Of a DNA stretch of 64,000 bases, positions 1-13,194 are shown piece after piece. Position 1 is the stretch's first letter. Each line of letters starts with the position of its first letter. Location: NCBI RefSeq assembly GCF_001194135.2, contig NC_068985.1:98065835-98129834 (forward strand), in the 5' to 3' direction. A program made the translations under genes and the position numbers. Origin of the DNA: Octopus bimaculoides. Its lineage: Eukaryota. The notes beneath the pieces are model-generated. The model saw nothing but the letters and a program-made list of their open reading frames with translations. It had not been told where the DNA came from and ran no database searches.

Positions 1-200
1 GTATGTGTGTTTGTGTGTCTGTGTTTGTCCCTCGATGCTGGTGTGTTTACGTCCCCGTCACTTAGTGGTTTGGCAAAAAGAGACCGATAGAATAAGTACT
101 AGGCTTCCAAAGAATAAGTCCTGGGATTGATTTGCTCGACTAAAGGCGGTGCTCCAGCATGGCAGCAGTCAAATGACTGAAACAAGTAAAAGAGTAAAAG
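1..200 (+). mobile_element. SINE family A, 3' half
   Basis: Near-identical to 9210-9382, 56800-56998 and 58420-58622; ends gactgaaacaagtaaaagagtaaaag. Confidence 0.8.
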
Positions 201-599
201 AAAGAGAATATATGTGATCGTGCATGTATATGTGTCCATATGTATATGCAAGTGCATGTATATATGCGTGTATGTATGTATGTAGTTGTGTGTGCATATG
301 TGTGTGTGTACATGTGCATATGTGTGTATGCATGTGCATTGCTTCAGTACATACTCCTTTTTGCCTGACCTATTTCTCTTTATGTTTGAGCTATCCTCCT
401 AATTCATCATTATCATTTTAGCATTCATTTTTTTTTTCTAGGCTAGTATGAGTTAGGTGAGTTCTGCCGTTCATGTTTACCATATTGCTATACATGATGC
501 TAAACCATGTTATTTATCTATGAGATCTAGCATCCTAAATTCTAACCTCGCCATTTTTTAAGACAACCCATATCATAAATAACTTAATATAACATAAAT

Positions 600-900
600 T
601 TTAGATCTGATTTAGATCCATTCCACTTGTATTTTTCTATAACGTATTCACCCATTTTTCATCATCTGCTTTCCTTACAGTGCTCTGCAATCATCTCTCC
701 TACATACATCAGCTGATGCTTCTAATGGCCAGCTGCTCTTTCAGCTCACATATGCTCCAGTTAACACATCCATAACACATCCATTATATTCTCCATCATT
801 TATAATACACTTTCTCGAAATGGGTCTTATCTCCTCCGTAATGACCAACAAATTTGAATATATTCAAAAATTGCCACTTGTCTTATTCTTAAAATTTATG
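600..900 (-). mobile_element. Heavily decayed RTE-clade LINE ORF2 3' fragment
   Basis: Minus strand reads ELKEQLAIRSIS*CM*ER*L with stops, resembling the fragment at 52420-52650. Confidence 0.4.
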
Positions 901-980
901 ACCTGCGTAACCAAACCACTTTGCTTTTGTAATCTGCTATCATCTATATAGACTACATATCTCTCTCTGCTATATATATG

Positions 981-1167
981 TGCGGGTGACACGTAAAAGC
1001 ACCCACTACACTCTCTGAGTGGTTGGCGTTAGGAAGGGCATCCAGCTGTAGAAACTCTGCCAAATTAGATTGGAGCCTGGTGTTGCCATCCGGTTTCACC
1101 AGGCCTCAGTCAAATCGTCCAACCCATGCTAGCATGGAAGGCGGACGTTAAACGATGATGATGATGA
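981..1167 (+). mobile_element. Family C repeat (RTE-LINE-type 3' end with (GAT)n tail)
   Basis: cacgtaaaagcacccactacactc...ccaacccatgctagcatggaa...gttaaacgatgatgatgatg; many copies in the window. Confidence 0.8.
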
Positions 1168-1780
1168 GATATATATATATATATATATATAGGTGCNNNN
1201 NNNNNNNNNNNNNNNNNNNNNNNNNNNNNNNNNNNNNNNNNNNNNNNNNNNNNNNNNNNNNNNNNNNNNNNNNNNNNNNNNNNNNNNNNNNNNNNNNNNN
1301 NNNNNNNNNNNNNNNNNNNNNNNNNNNNNNNNNNNNNNNNNNNNNNNNNNNNNNNNNNNNNNNNNNNNNNNNNNNNNNNNNNNNNNNNNNNNNNNNNNNN
1401 NNNNNNNNNNNNNNNNNNNNNNNNNNNNNNNNNNNNNNNNNNNNNNNNNNNNNNNNNNNNNNNNNNNNNNNNNNNNNNNNNNNNNNNNNNNNNNNNNNNN
1501 NNNNNNNNNNNNNNNNNNNNNNNNNNNNNNNNNNNNNNNNNNNNNNNNNNNNNNNNNNNNNNNNNNNNNNNNNNNNNNNNNNNNNNNNNNNNNNNNNNNN
1601 NNNNNNNNNNNNNNNNNNNNNNNNNNNNNNNNNNNNNNNNNNNNNNNNNNNNNNNNNNNNNNNNNNNNNNNNNNNNNNNNNNNNNNNNNNNNNNATATAT
1701 ATAAAGTGTAGTATATTGCCACTACACTTTATCGTGCAGTTACTGTTAATACTTCATTTAGAGAATTAACATTGCTTATA

Positions 1781-1811
<31 letters not shown>

Positions 1812-1813
<2 letters not shown>

Positions 1814-2020
1814 GTGTGTTTGTGTGTCTGTGTTTGTCCCCCCAACATCGCTTGACAACTGATGCTGGTGTGTTTACGTCCCTGTAACTTAGCAGTTTGG
1901 CAAAAGAGCCCGATAGTATAAATATGAGGCTTACAAAGAATAAGTCCTAGGGTCGATTTTCTTGACTAAAGGCAATGCTCTAGCATGGCCGCAGTCAAAT
2001 GACTGAAACGAGTAAAAGAG
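1812..2020 (+). mobile_element. SINE family A, 3' half
   Basis: Matches the family A body and tail. Confidence 0.75.
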
Positions 2021-2261
2021 TATATATTACTTGTTTCAATCCTTGGGCTATAGACATGTTGGGGTGCTACCTTGAAGGGTTATAGTAAAAAGAACTGACC
2101 CCAGTACATACTTTAAGTCCAATTCTCATTCTACCAGTTCACTTTGCTGAACAGCTAGGTTTCAGGAATATAAACGAACCAATGCTGGTTGTCTAGAAGT
2201 GGTGAGGGACAAACATAAAAACAGACACACACACACACAAACACTTGTGAAAGGCTTCCGC

Positions 2262-2504
2262 ATAGTTTCCTTTTTCTTTATTGCCCACAAGGGGCTAAAC
2301 ATAGAGGGGACAAACAAGGACAGACAAAGGGGTTAAGTCGATTACATCGACCCCAGTGCGTAACTGGTACTTAATTTATCGACCCCGAAAAGATGAAAGG
2401 CAAAGTCGACCTTGGCGGAATTTGAGCTCAGAACGTAACGGCAGACGAAATATCGCTAAGTATTTCGCCCGGCGTGCTAACGATTCTGCCAGCTCGCCGC
2501 CTTA
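2262..2504 (-). mobile_element. SINE family B, tail type 1
   Basis: Reverse complement of ggcggcgagctggcagaatcgttagcac...gccccttgtgggcaataaagaaa; near-identical to 5808-6036. Confidence 0.8.
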
Positions 2505-2941
2505 ATGATGAGGATTATTATTAAATCTCTAAACAATGTGGTCAGTAAATCCATCATATTAAAATTCACAGCCAATTAGCCATATCTGACATTTAAAGCG
2601 GATAGAGTGTATTGATTTTGCAATGCCTATAAATAAATAAAAAATAAGCCAGTATTAATTTATTTATAAAAAGTTTGGGAAGAGAATAATTTATTTTACT
2701 GTCAGGAAGAGCAGTCAAATGTTTTAGTCAAGAATGAACCTTGGTTTGAAAGAGAGAGATGAAATGTTTTTTGATGAAAAAAACATGAAATGTTTAATCT
2801 ATGGTTAGTTAAGATGGCTGACTTCTTTCACCTGTGGAATGGGTAATAAAAATAAAATCTCTGCTCTTAGTCTGTGAAACCTGATTGCTGTTCCATGAAA
2901 GTTTATGTGTGAATATGATAAATTTGTGCTAGTGTGAGGTT

Positions 2942-3260
2942 TGTGAAGGCATGTGGCTTATTGGTTAAGGATATTCATCTCGCAATTGTAAGGTTGTGAG
3001 TTCAATTGCTGGCTGCGTCTCGTGTCCTTGGGCAAAGCACTTTATTTCATATTGCTCCAGTCCTCTCAGCTGGTAAAAATGAGTTGTACCTGTAATTAAA
3101 AAGGTCACATATTGTGTCACTCTGAATCTCCCTGAGAACTGTGTTAAGAGTATGCATGTCTGTGGAATGCTCAGCCAACTGCATGTTAATTTCATGAACA
3201 AGCTGTTCCGTTCAGTGGATCAACTGGAGCCCTCGTCATTGTAACTGACAGAATGCCAGG
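2942..3260 (+). mobile_element. tRNA-head SINE (family E head joined to a family D-type 3' half)
   Basis: A/B-box-like head gtggcttattggttaagg...gagttcaattgc, then ccttgggcaaag; the 3' half matches 35640-35800. Confidence 0.65.
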
Positions 3261-5494
3261 TAGCATAGTTTGTTGTTGCTTTAGAGTTCCAGGTCAGTTC
3301 TGAATGGTTAGGTATTGCAGCTGTGACCATCCTATCTTTTATTCGGTCAGCATAGCAGTGATTACTAGATTATTAAACATTTATTTCTTTTTTAAGATAG
3401 TAAGATGCAATTAAAAATAGATTTGGCTGCTATTTCTTGCAGCTAGAGTCACTACATACAGGATACCTCATTGGCTTGACTATAAATTGATCTGATTGTG
3501 TGTGTGCTTGTTTTACTCTGAATGTTGTTGTATATCCTTGATGCTTTATGCAGGCATGTAAAAAAAAAAAAAAATCAATGAATCTAAATCGATCAATCAA
3601 TGATTTATCTTTTAACAGATTACCACTATGAAATGCTGGTTGGATTTTCTCCTAAGATTTTAAAATAATCCTGTCCAGAATACAAAATGCATTTTAACAT
3701 AAATATTTTGAACTAACCTTGTGCTAGTGTCACATAAAAAGCACTTAGTACACTTTCTAAAGTGGTTGGCATAAAGAAAGTCAGCTGACCATAGAGACCA
3801 TGCTAAAATAGACAATCAGAGCCTGGTGCAGTTCTCTGGCTTGCCAGCTCCTGTCAAACTGTCCAGTTCATGCCAGTATGGAAACAGACATTAGATGACT
3901 CCCCCCCCACTCCCTCCATCATTTCTCTTTATTCACCTCAAAAACCCTGTTATCTGATTGGCTTTCATTATAACTAAGGTTTCATTAAAGTAGTGAGCTA
4001 GTAAAATCGTTAGCACACCAGACAAAATGCTTAGAAACATAGAAACATTTTGTCCATCTCGATGTTCTTAGTTCAAATTCTACCTTGGTCAGCTTTGCCT
4101 TTCATCCTTTTAGGGTTAATGAAACCAGTACCAGTTGAGCCACTGGAATTAATGTAATCCACTTGTCCCCTCCAAAATTTCAGGCCTTGTGCCTATAATA
4201 GAATGAATTATTATTAAGCTTTCCTTACCAAGGACCTATTTCTTTACATTAACATTTTCCATATTCCAGGTGGAAGCATTTAACTCCTGCCCTAACCTTT
4301 TTATTTTTTTCCTATAAGGGTCACTTACATAGTAATGCAAATTTGTATGTGAATGTCTGATTGCTGTCTTTTTTTTACCACCCATGCAAGGGGGCTTTGG
4401 GATGCTGTGGTATTTTGACATTATTGTATACCTCTATTGTCAAAGCTACCCTATTGGCTCAATAAATCTGATAAGAGCACACGCTCTTGTTCATGGGAGT
4501 TAACAAACATTTTGTTTATTTTCCACTTTATACCAAATTTAGTTTTTTATATTCTAATAAGTCCTTGCTGTTGTTTAGTGCAGGATCAGTCCAAAATGGA
4601 CAAACCTATGATAAAAGGTGTTCAACTCCTCACAATCCTGTCCCTTCATTTTCACAGCTACAGTAATGTGTGCTTCCAGTTTTTAAGACTATAGGTGTGA
4701 TTTGAAATTTGGCTGTTATTTCTAGTAGGTCAAGTTACTTCATAGATGTTCCCTTGTTGGCTCGTTTTGTTACTTGTTATAATTTTTTTTTGGTCTTTTT
4801 TGTTGCTTCTTCTTTTAAGATTCTGGTTTCAGCATCAGTAAGCTTCGGTTGTCCTTGAACTGAATCTAGCAAATATTTCTGACTCTCCCACTTGTTAGGG
4901 AAAAATGGTGAATTTGGACAATTCTCAGTGATTCTCGTTCAGAAATGGATATTTTCTCTGTGTTTCTTTTATTTAGATACAAAATTGTAACTTGGGATGG
5001 GGTAATTGGCAAGAACTATAAAAAGAAATGCTTCTTTCTGTTTCTTTTTTTTTGTTGTTTTTTTGTTTTTTTTCTGTTTTGCNNNNNNNNNNNNNNNNNN
5101 NNNNNNNNNNNNNNNNNNNNNNNNNNNNNNNNNNNNNNNNNNNNNNNNNNNNNNNNNNNNNNNNNNNNNNNNNNNNNNNNNNNNNNNNNNNNNNNNNNNN
5201 NNNNNNNNNNNNNNNNNNNNNNNNNNNNNNNNNNNNNNNNNNNNNNNNNNNNNNNNNNNNNNNNNNNNNNNNNNNNNNNNNNNNNNNNNNNNNNNNNNNN
5301 NNNNNNNNNNNNNNNNNNNNNNNNNNNNNTTACATGTAGTGTTTACAAATATCCACTCCCATAACATAATGCCAATCGCATGTGACTTATATCCATTCAT
5401 ACTCTTTAAAAAAACACAGAAAAGGCTAATATTTTAACCCACCCTGTTTGATGGCACAAGGACACTTCATGCAGACTTTGATTGCCAAATACTC

Positions 5495-5546
<52 letters not shown>

Positions 5547-5807
5547 GTATATAGTTTTAGTGATCACTTTCCATGCATGGGCCACATGGTGTTTATTGAG
5601 GAAGATTTTCTATGGCTAGATGTCCTTCCTGCTGCCAACCCTCATCTGTTTCTAAGTAAAGAAATACTTCCTTGTGGCCAGACATATTTTTACAGAGTAT
5701 TGGAAATGAATGACATTGCCTCTATAACAGTGACATACATTTGCAACTAACACATGATGTCAAGACAAAGAGACATAAACATAAACACTGGGCTTCTTTC
5801 AGTTTCT

Positions 5808-6036
5808 TATTTCTTTATTGCCCACAAGGGGCTAAACACAGAGGGGGACAAACAAGGACAGACAGAGGGATTAAGTCGATTACATCAACCCCAGTGCGTA
5901 ACTGGTACTTAATTTATTGACTCTGAAAGGATGAAAGGCAAAGTCGACCTCGGCGGAATTTGAACTCAGAACGTAACGGCAGACGAAATACCGCTAAGCA
6001 TTTCACCCGGCTTGCTATCGTTTCTGCCAACTTGCC
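5808..6036 (-). mobile_element. SINE family B with 17-bp TSD, nested in a family A-head element
   Basis: ggcttctttcagtttct at 5791-5807 and 6037-6053 flanks it. Confidence 0.85.
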
Positions 6037-6489
6037 GGCTTCTTTCAGTTTCTGATTATCTAATCTAAGGCTTTGGTTGGCCTTAGCTATTGTAGAAACA
6101 CTTGCCCAAGGTGCCATGCAGTGGGACTGAAGCTGAAATCCTTTAGTTAGGAAGCAAACTTCTTACCCACACAGCCATGCCTGCACCTCGGCGGCAACAG
6201 TATTTGATAATTGAGACAGCTTGAAATGTCTTTGTTATTATACAGAGAAAGTTAAAACATTAGCATTTTTTTTTTTTTTTTTTTTTTTTTTTGTCAAATT
6301 TTAAAAGGTTGTATGTCTCATACAACTGGAATTATGTTTTGAAAACAGAAATATGTCAAGGAAATAACTTTTGACGGTAAACTTATTTATTTCAAATTTC
6401 TTGTGTTTCGTGTTACTTGTGAGGAGTGTTTCATTGCAAAAGAGAAACTCTTGTGTACATGTATTTGTGGGTTCATGTTAATGGCTAAG

Positions 6490-6857
6490 GTTTCAGTCAT
6501 TTGACTGTGGCCATGCTGGGACACCACCTTTAGTCGAGCAAATCGACCTCAGAGCTTATTCTTTGTAAGCCTAGTACTTATTCTATCAGTCTCTTTTGCC
6601 GAGCCGCTAAGTCACAGACGTAAATGCACCAGCATCGGTTGTCAAGCGATGTTGGGGGGACAAACACAGTCACACAAACGTGTGCACACACACACACGCA
6701 CATATATATATGATGGGCTTTTTCCAGTTTCTATCTACCAAATCCACTCAAGGCTTTGGTTGGCTCGAGGCTATAGTAGAAGACACTTGCCCTAAGTTCC
6801 ACACAGTGGGACTGAACCCGGAACCATGTAGTTGGTAAGCAAGCTACTTATCACACA
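6490..6857 (-). mobile_element. SINE family A, near full length
   Basis: Reverse complement of the 9018-9382 copy, with internal (CA)/(TA) microsatellite. Confidence 0.8.
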
Positions 6858-7577
6858 ATGTTTTTAAAGGGTTGGGTGAGATTTGGAGGAAGTTTTGTGA
6901 TTATTTCCTACAGTTTATTTGATTATGTAAAGGCTTTATCTTCTGTCAAAGTCTGGCAACTGATGGATGTAAACAGATGAACTGTGTTACTTCAAGCTGA
7001 TGTCTTAGTATGAAACATACCAGTAGGATTTAATTCAATAATTTACGATGGTTATGGTCCGAATGGGGTGAGATTAAAGCTATGCTATTTTAAAAAATTT
7101 AAAGAGGATAAAGCAATTATTACAGATATTACTAGATAATTAAATACCACAGTAATTTCTTAATCCAATATGAACTTAAAAATGTCAATTAATGAAGTAA
7201 TTAAAAAATGCTATTAAACTAATTGAAAGCTTTAAAACTAATACCCCTGACCCCACTCCCGCCCACATCATCACTTTCTTGTTCATTTGCACTCATGTAC
7301 CTGTATGTGAACAGATATATGCATGTGCTCACATATACATGTTTATGCTCACAAATGCACTCATTGACGCATCTGAGTTATTTCACTCAGCTTAGAGTTT
7401 GTAATTATGTGTACAGTAATAGCTCGACTATTTACTGGTGTTACATTCCAAAACCCCACTGCAATAGGTGAAAATCTGCAAAGTAGGAACATTGCTGTAC
7501 TGAATAAATATTTTTTTTTATTTCTATAATTTGTATATATTTTATTATAAATGTAAAACAACATCATGTATATATAT

Positions 7578-8323
7578 GTAGGCGCAGGAGTGTAGTAAGT
7601 AGCTTGCTTACCAACCACATGGTTCTGGGTTCAGTCCCATTGCATGGCACTTTGGGCAAGTGTCCTCTACTATAGCCTTGGGCTGACCAAAGTCTTGTGA
7701 GTGGATTTGGTAGACAGAAACTGAAAGAAGCCTGTCATCATCATCATCATCATCATCATCGTTTAACCTCTGCTTTCTATGCTAGCATGGGTTGGACGAT
7801 TTGACTGAGGACTGGCAAGCCAGATAGCTGCACCAGGCTCCAATCTGATCTGGCAGAGTTTCTGCAGCTGGTTGCCCTTCCTAACGCCAACCACTCTGAG
7901 AGTGTAGTGGGTGCTTTTACGTTCCACTGGCACGAGGGCCAGTCAGGAGGTACTGGCAACAGCCACGCTCAAAATGGTGTTTTTTATGTGCCACCTGCAC
8001 AGGAGCCAGCCCAGCGGCACTGGCAATGACCTCGCTCGAATGTTTTCTAACGCGTCACTGGCAGAAGTGCCAGGAAGGCGACGCTGGTAATGATCACACT
8101 CAAATGGTGCTATTTACGTGATATATGTATATGTTTGTGTGTCTGTGTTTGTCCTCACCACATCACTTGACAACCGATGTTGGTGTGTTACTTAGCGGTT
8201 TGGCAAAAAGAGTCGGATAGAATAAGTACTAGGCTTACAAAGAATAAGTCCTGGGGTCAATCTGTTCCACTAAAGGCGGTGCTCCAGCATGGCCGCAGCC
8301 AAATGACTGAAACAAATAAAAGA
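7578..8323 (+). mobile_element. SINE family A split by a minus-strand family C insertion (about 7737-8120)
   Basis: A head 7578-7736, then (CAT)n and C body in reverse, then A 3' half from about 8121. Confidence 0.75.
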
Positions 8324-9017
8324 ATATATATATTGCAATATTGTTTCTTGTTTTTATACAGGAATTCTGTCATACTTTTATTTTTTCTTCCTTTCTTTGT
8401 CTTCCTTTCTCTTCTTCTCTCTCTTTGCCTCCCCTTGCTCCTCTCTCTGTTCTATCTTCTCCCTCTCCTCTTTCCTTTTCCTTCTACTTTCTATCTAGAC
8501 CTATCCCTCACTGCCCTTTCTCTCTCTCTCCCCCTCTCTCTCTCTCTCCCCCTCTCTCTCNNNNNNNNNNNNNNNNNNNNNNNNNNNNNNNNNNNNNNNN
8601 NNTCTCTCCCCCTCTCTCTCTCTCTCCCCCTCTCTCTAAAACTGTGTCTCTTTGTCTCACACTCTAGCACCATCTCTGCTCTGGCTCTAACCCTTTGCTC
8701 TCAGATATCTATCCACTCTTTGCCACTCCTATACATCTTCATTGATGTTGGCCACAAAGAACTACAATACAAAGAACTGTTAATGTTCTACCACCATATT
8801 GGTCTATTAAGCAGAAACAGCAGCAGCAGTATTTTATAAAAGAAATATTCCAATTATTTTCTGTTGGAAGAACAAATTTCTTTGATAAGAAATGAAATTG
8901 TTTTCTTTTATATTTATAGTGAAATCTATTTTATTATAAAGGTGTAAATGACTACCATTCTTAGTGCTAAGAAAACATTATGGAACAGAAATAGTGTATT
9001 CTAAGAGTTTTTTTTTT

Positions 9018-9382
9018 GGCTGTGTGGTAAGTAGCTTGCTTACCAACCACATGGTTCCAGGTTCAGACCCACTGCTTTGCACCTTGGGCAAGTGTCTTCT
9101 ACTATAGCCTTGGGCCGACCAAAGCCTTGTGAGTGGATTTGGTAGACGGAAACTGAAAGAAGCCCGTCGTATATATGTATATATATATATATATGTGTGT
9201 GTGTATATGTTTGTGTGTCTGTGTTTGTCCCCCCACCATTGCTTGACAACCGATGGTGGTATGTTTACGTCCCCGTAGAATAAGTACTAGGCTTCCAAAG
9301 AATAAGTCCTGGGGTTGATTTGCTTGACTAAAGGCGGTGCTCCAGCATGGCCGCAGTCAAATGACTGAAACAAGTAAAAGAG
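9018..9382 (+). mobile_element. SINE family A (tRNA-like head, ccttgggcaag central domain, internal (TA)n(TG)n, gtaaaaga tail)
   Basis: Head ggctgtgtggtaagtagc...ggttcagaccc is Pol III A/B-box-like; more than 10 related copies in the window. Confidence 0.85.
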
Positions 9383-10138
9383 TATATATGTAGTGTGGTA
9401 AGTAGCTTGCTTCCCAACCACATGGTTTCAGGTTCAGTCCCACTGTGTGGCACCTTGGGCAAGTGTAATTGTGAAGGAAACTTTTTTTTTTTTTCAACCA
9501 TGCCTAGAGAATATAATAAAACAGGAGTATCAGAGAGAATAACTTGATTCTTTATAGCAGGGTTCCACGAGAGAGCGCCAGGGGTACCATGAGAAGTCAC
9601 TAGGGGTTTCATGAGGAATAGTGATAAATAAACTAATTATATGCAAATGTATTTTTGAATGATTTTTGTGTTTAATTTTATATTTGTAAATATATTATAC
9701 ATGCATGACATATTCCCTCATCTAGTGAAAGCCTAGCATTTGTGGGTGGTACGACTACCTTATGGGAAAAGTGACTTTTTATTAGAAAATTGGAAAGGAA
9801 TTTGATCTAAGCAAGGTCTTGGTTAGCATGAAATTTCTTAAATATCCTTTATGGCTTCTGATGGATTTGGCATTAGGAAACATTTCAAAGACAGGTTCGT
9901 GATACGTTATATGTCTTATGAAATTGAACTTTATGAATGGAAAAGAAAAATTATTAAATAGATGAATGATAGTATAGGCCTGGTTATGCTGTTTGTATGT
10001 GTTGTGGGTATGTGCTGCTTGCTTTGCAATCATGTGGCTTGGAGTTCAGTCCTGTTGCAACGGCCCCATTAGCAGTGTCTTCTAAGGGTTGACCAAAGCT
10101 TTGTGATGGGATTTGGTTGACAGAAGCAGAAAGCTTGT

Positions 10139-10420
10139 GTGTGTGTGTGTGTGTGTGTGTGTAGTGTAGTGTGTGTTGTGCGTGTGTATGTATTGTGTGT
10201 GTTGTGTGTGTTGTGTATGTGTTGTTTGTGTGTTGTATGTGCGTGTGTATGTATTGTGTGTGTTGTGCGTGTGTATGTATTGTTCGTGTGTGTGTGTATG
10301 TCTTGTGTGTGTTGTATGTGTGTATGTATTGTGTTTGTTGTGTGTGTGTGTATATATTGTGTGTGTTGTGTGTATGTGTTGTGTGTGTGTGTGTATGTAT
10401 TGTGTGTGTGTGTGTGTGTG
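10139..10420. repeat. Compound (TG)n-derived repeat with recurring gtgtgttgtgcgtgtgtatgtatt units
   Basis: Read directly; explains the Val/Cys and His/Thr ORFs. Confidence 0.9.
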
Positions 10421-10744
10421 AATGGTGACCAGAATGACCACAGCTTTCAAGCTGAAACAGGCTAAAGAGTTATAACTAAATAACTTAGATTGGTTTCAGC
10501 CATTATCAGCCCAGGCTATGACTAACTCAATAGCGTCACCTGGTGAATTGTAAACATAATACCGATATCATTTGGATGATATATTTGGTGGAATATTTTC
10601 CACATGGTACAAATAATGTATCACTCATGGTGGCGTTGCAAAGAATAGTTTCAGCTGTTTATGTTGAGCCCAAATATATTGTCTAAGAGGACCCATCAAG
10701 CCAAGTGCACCCATGCTGGTGGTACGTAACAAAATCAACCTTTG

Positions 10745-11200
10745 AATGTTGGGCCTCCCGGAAGCAAAGTGGCTGACTTCCTTACAAGTGCTGGGCCTCA
10801 CAGACACGAGGTGGCCAAGTTCCTTTCGAGTGCTGGGCCCCATGGAGGCAAAGTGGCCAGGCTCCCTTCGAGTGTTGGGCCTCACAGAGTCAATGACCAA
10901 AACTTTTGGCATTATGACATGATTAAGAAGACTCCTCAAGCCAAGCAAAATCACAGTCATGGCAGATACCAGTGTCATGCAAATGGTACCCATGTCGGTA
11001 GCACGTAAAAGCACCCATTATATTCTCAGAGTGGTTGGTATTAGGAAGGGCATCCAGCTGTAGAAACCCATACGAAATCAGACAGGATCTTGGCACAGCC
11101 TTCTAGCATGCCAGCTCATTCAAACTGTCCAACCCATACCAGCATGGACAACAGGCATTAAATGATGATGATGATGTTGATGTTGATGATGATGATCACC
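10745..11200 (+). mobile_element. Longer family C element with an internal 42-bp tandem repeat and (GAT)n tail
   Basis: About 3.5 units of agtgctgggcc...gtggcc...cctt, continuing into cacgtaaaagcaccc and gatgatgat. Confidence 0.6.
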
Positions 11201-12004
11201 ACCACCACCTTCCTCCTCCTCCTCCTCCTCCTCCTCCTCTGCTGCTGCTGTAGATTTTTTCTGAGGTTGAAAATAAAACTCAATCTTATTGTTTATATCT
11301 CATAACTTTCTGGTTATAACAAGTAGATCCATAAAATAAGTACCAGACTAAAATAAGTACTGGCTGGAAGGAGGGGGGGGGGGCGTCAATATGATTGACT
11401 AAGAAAACATTTGAATAAAATAATACTACTAGCTTCAGTACCCCTGCCAGGTGTTAAATCTGTAAACTGAGTGACAATTGAAGTATAGAACTTCCGTCAG
11501 GTGATGGGGGAGGGGAAGCAGACTTGTTCTTCCTTTGACCTTCTATCAATCTACCCCAGTGCTTCAGTCCTGAGACAAAGGTCTGATTGGATAAGGGCAA
11601 GGAAGTGTGTGTATGTATGGGGCAGTAGTGCCCCCTAACCCTTACCGCTTCTGGTCACTTGGTAAAAAGAATTAATTCTCCTTTGTCACTTAGCTGTGAC
11701 CCCTATCTATGATCTCACCTCCTTCTCTCCCCATTGTCACATGAATCTAGGACAATAATAATTAGCTGTTTTGTTTTTATTGACAGTGTATATAAAAGGA
11801 GTTATAAAACGCTAATACACCACCTACCTGGTTGTATTTACCTGAGTCAAGTCTTACCTGCTGCTGTGTATGTTATATCTTATTGAGGAATAAATACAAA
11901 AGCTAGCTCCCCTCCTCCCTTTTATTCCCCCATCCAGCCCTCAGTTTAATCCCTTTTTATTTAGGATTATTCAGAAGGGCTCATTCTACTTATGTGTTTT
12001 TATT

Positions 12005-12351
12005 TTATTTCTGCTTCATCAATTTTGTGGCCATGCTGGAGCACCGCCTTTAGTTGAGCAAATCGACCCCGGGACTTATTCTTTGTAAGCTTAGTACTTA
12101 TTCTATCGGTCTCTTTTGCCGAACNNNNNNNNNNNNNNNNNNNNNNNNNNNNNNNNNNNNNNNNNNNNNNNNNNNNNNNNNNNNNNNNNNNNNNNNNNNN
12201 NNNNNNNNNNNNNNNNNNNNNNNNNNNNNNNNNNNNNNNNNNNNNNNNNNNNNNNNNNNNNNNNNNNNNNNNNNNNNNNNNNNNNNNNNNNNNNNNNNNN
12301 NNNNNNNNNNNNNNNNAAAGCTAGGGGGACAAAGACACACACACACACACT

Positions 12352-12411
<60 letters not shown>

Positions 12412-12585
12412 CATACATATATACGATGGGCTTCTTTCAGTTTCTGTCTACCAAATCCACTCACAAGGCTTTGGTTGGCCTGAGGCTATAGTAGAAGACA
12501 CTTGTCCAAGATGCCACGCAGTGGGACTGAACCCGGAAACATGTGGTTGGTAAGCAAGCTACTTACTACACAGCCACTCCTGCGT
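12005..12585 (-). mobile_element. SINE family A, interrupted by gap 12125-12316
   Basis: Reverse complement of family A head and tail on either side of the gap. Confidence 0.8.
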
Positions 12586-12989
12586 AAAATTTCTTTAAAT
12601 ACACTGTTATCTATGTGTGAGCATACTTGTAACTCATTCCATTCTTGCTCATATACATACTTTTATTTTTTACTTACAGTCAAATTTCACAGGAAAACTA
12701 AATACATAAGATACACAGTAACATCATATATTCATATAATGATATACTTTTATATATTCATACACTCTTGAACACATCTCCACAAACATACACACTTGAC
12801 TGCTTTCTCAAAAACACTGTATCTACACCCATACACACACTCACACATATATCTACATACAAACATCTATATGCTTCCTTACATACAAGACTCGGAGAAA
12901 GAGCGTACATTTACTAAACCAATACTGCTATCATCAATACAACAATCAATTTTTTACACTTAGGTTTTCCAGTAATTCCATAAGTTTTA

Positions 12990-13026
<37 letters not shown>

Positions 13027-13194
13027 CTTCTTTTCCCTTACAGAAACAATTTTACTTGAATGGTTTTTAATGTTGTTTTTTTAATGTTTTTTTTTTTGTT
13101 GTAAAGAGCTATTTCACACATGAAATCAGTGTTACTCATTTTCTATAGCAATCTGTGCAACATAGATTGTGTGCAGCAATATGTGCTACATAGT

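Noticed and set aside
442-456. 15-nt microexon-like segment (poly-T ag ... gtgagt)
   Set aside because: Stops in all three frames and no other support; such signal pairs occur by chance in AT-rich introns.
4820-4837. 18-nt in-frame microexon candidate (ILVSAS)
   Set aside because: Splice-like signals only; no homology or place in the tweety model.
10082-10465. His/Thr- and Cys/Val-rich ORFs resembling metal-binding proteins
   Set aside because: Translations of (TG)n-derived repeats, open in several frames on both strands.
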